Assembly (NCBI GenBank): GCA_000934665.2
Contig: KZ538336.1
Coordinates: 1 to 64,000 of the forward strand
Direction of reading: 5' to 3'
DNA from: Catajapyx aquilonaris
Taxonomy: Eukaryota
Length of the DNA stretch: 64,000 nucleotides
The stretch's first letter is position 1. Every line of letters starts with the position of its first letter. The position numbers and the translations under genes are program-made. Below are positions 62,001-64,000 of this stretch, piece after piece. Under the pieces are notes generated by a model. That model worked only from the letters and a program-made list of their open reading frames with translations, was not told the DNA's origin and did no database searches.

Positions 62001-62434
62001 AAATGCCTCAAGCGAACAAACGAACACACGATCAAGCAAACAAACGATGAAACGATGAAATGAAGAAAAAAAACGATCAAACGACCAACCGAACAAATAA
62101 TGAAATGATTAATGATTAAACGACTAATAAACGACCAAACAAACAAACAAAGGACAGATCCTTCGACCTGATCTGACCTGATTGGTCTATTCCAACAGCA
62201 ACGACCAAACGACATCCCGTGTGAACCCTCATCAATTTTCATTATTTTTTTTTTACCATCCTGATTCCAAGCTCCTTCAATCTGATACGCGGAGGTAGAC
62301 ACACCCCATGAGAAGTCCTGAGGGAATGATCCGTACGTGTTGCCTTCAGGTCTACCGCACGTCTGACCCGAACTGGTCAGTGCCAGTCTGGTCAAAAGCA
62401 ACAGCAATGGGTAATGGGACCACTCACACGCCAT
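59015..62434 (-). CDS. Secreted glycoside hydrolase family 1 beta-glucosidase (myrosinase/lactase-like). Exons approx. 62434-62257, 61062-60929, 60554-60420, 60334-60212, 60130-59707, 59658-59512, 59453-59203, 59147-59015
   Basis: Signal peptide, [65 protein letters not shown], acid/base TLNEP, LNHYT, nucleophile [18 protein letters not shown] and KYGLYQVDF. Confidence 0.95.
61235..62150. repeat. Complex (AACG)n/(CAAA)n-derived satellite filling GH1 intron 1
   Basis: Strongly A/C-skewed words (AAACGAACAAATGA, AAACGATCAAACG) with duplicated blocks of about 80-120 bp, e.g. 61501-61580 vs 61584-61660. Confidence 0.9.
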
Positions 62435-64000
62435 TGGGGTAGTATGTTGTAACCTGTACGAAAAATTGTGGAGAGAGAGAGAAAAAAAAACAGTAGTGAC
62501 CTGCAATAATTCCAGTTCAAGCCACCTGAAAAAGTTGCATAAAACAGACCTGTTACACTCTACAGTCCACATTTCTTCGGACATCAGATTGATGTCTTGT
62601 ACCGTACGCAAATGTACGTGCATGACAACGTAACGCGCTCGTTCGGCTGCTGCACTTGCGGTTACCTTTTTTTATATATATTTAAAAAAAAATTGTGTAA
62701 TAGGTTTTTCCGAATTGCATACCAGAAGCTAATCATTACCGGGATACGTAATTAGGGAAGTTCGATCACGACAAACAGACGTGTAACAGGTCACGGTCAG
62801 ATGATATAATATTTTTGCGGGTTATGTCATGGTCATGTACCGTACGTAATTTTTTTTGTGTACAACCAGCCCTTTGTGCGCACATCATATTCATAATAGA
62901 ATTGGGCAAAAATGACTACATTACATTCGCATAAAATGCACATAAAACCTGATTCAATGTATGTCAATGCACTTACAACCGACCTATTTTCTATTAGTTC
63001 ATGAATCATTGCTATTCAATGAGACTATTTGTTATGGTGACTGGTCATACTGGACTGATCAGCTCAACAATGTGAGATGTGGTTTTGCATTTTTTTTTTG
63101 AAATGGTACGACTGGTCCAATAAATGCAGGGGTGGTCCATAGGATAAATTTGCACTGTGCATACTTTTATAAATTTAAATATTAATTGTAGTAATGTGCA
63201 TCGTACTTATTTATTCTGTTTAGAAAGGACACAGTTTTTTTTTTCAAAAGTGTTTCAGTGGCCCCACCCTGTACACACACTGACCGATATGCATTTTTGA
63301 GTCTACAACAATACCGTTAATTGCATGCATACTTAGGAAGCAAAAGTTCAACCTACTGGGCAATCGTTCCTATGTGAAAATGACACATTTTTTCTTCTTC
63401 TATAGAGTTACGTGCTTAACATAATGCGCTTTCGGTTTTCAGTTTTCTAAAACAACTAGTACACGTAATAAGATAGTTAACACTAACAGACAATTTCGCA
63501 CGTAACATGTTTGGAATAATCTTTTTGTTGACAGACTAAAAAAACAGTTAGACTCTTCCTGTGGGAAGGAAATGAAAGCGTCATGTGTCTGAAAATGCGG
63601 TTTTCCATTTTGCAGAAAAATGTTTTTGAAGGGAAAATTTTGTAGCATGTGGGTTGATTTATATATATTTTTTATTTACTGTACAATGCATCTTAGAAAG
63701 CTTCAACGGGAATATATATATATTTTTTTGCTGATGTGCTAGACCACAATTCGCAAATTTTGGGAGTCCAATCATGCAGCCTACATTAAGCGAAACCACC
63801 AAATATTTGCATATAAACTGACCCGGTTTAAGTTCAGGTCAGGATAACAAAAAAAAGGAGAGAGCAAAATGTTCATTGCCAAAAAAATTTGCAAAAAGTT
63901 AGTAGGATATAAGTAAAAATCGCATGGCTCTCTAACAATTGGACAAATCCCGTTATCGAAAGCTTGCGAATCTGTTCAGACATGCGTAGAAAGTTTTTGG

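Noticed and set aside
61582..62250. ORFs on both strands in the AACG-rich tract
   Set aside because: These are low-complexity translations of a satellite inside GH1 intron 1.

Overview
Eukaryotic genomic DNA, almost certainly an arthropod: compact genes with many 50-80 nt GT-AG introns and one N-gap at 22260-22394. No prokaryotic features. I reconstruct 12 protein-coding genes by hand: EED/esc (-) head-to-head with LAS1L (+); myosin VI (+); a short jelly belly (Jeb)-like secreted LDL-A protein (+); an uncharacterised HMG-box-like protein (+); COX17 (+); ZUP1/ZUFSP (-); a MACIR/C5orf30-like single-coding-exon gene (+); two tandem paralogous secreted cysteine-rich VWC-like genes (-); taxilin (+); and a secreted GH1 beta-glucosidase (-). 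Introns carry several minisatellites and MITE-like inverted-repeat elements, two with clean target-site duplications. The most unusual feature is the paralog pair at 41.3-50.9 kb. Both share one exon-by-exon VWC-like scaffold, but one copy also carries 11 Kunitz domains with very diverse P1 residues, consistent with exon shuffling and recent exon duplication. All family calls come from motif recognition, not database searches, and splice coordinates are hand-derived.
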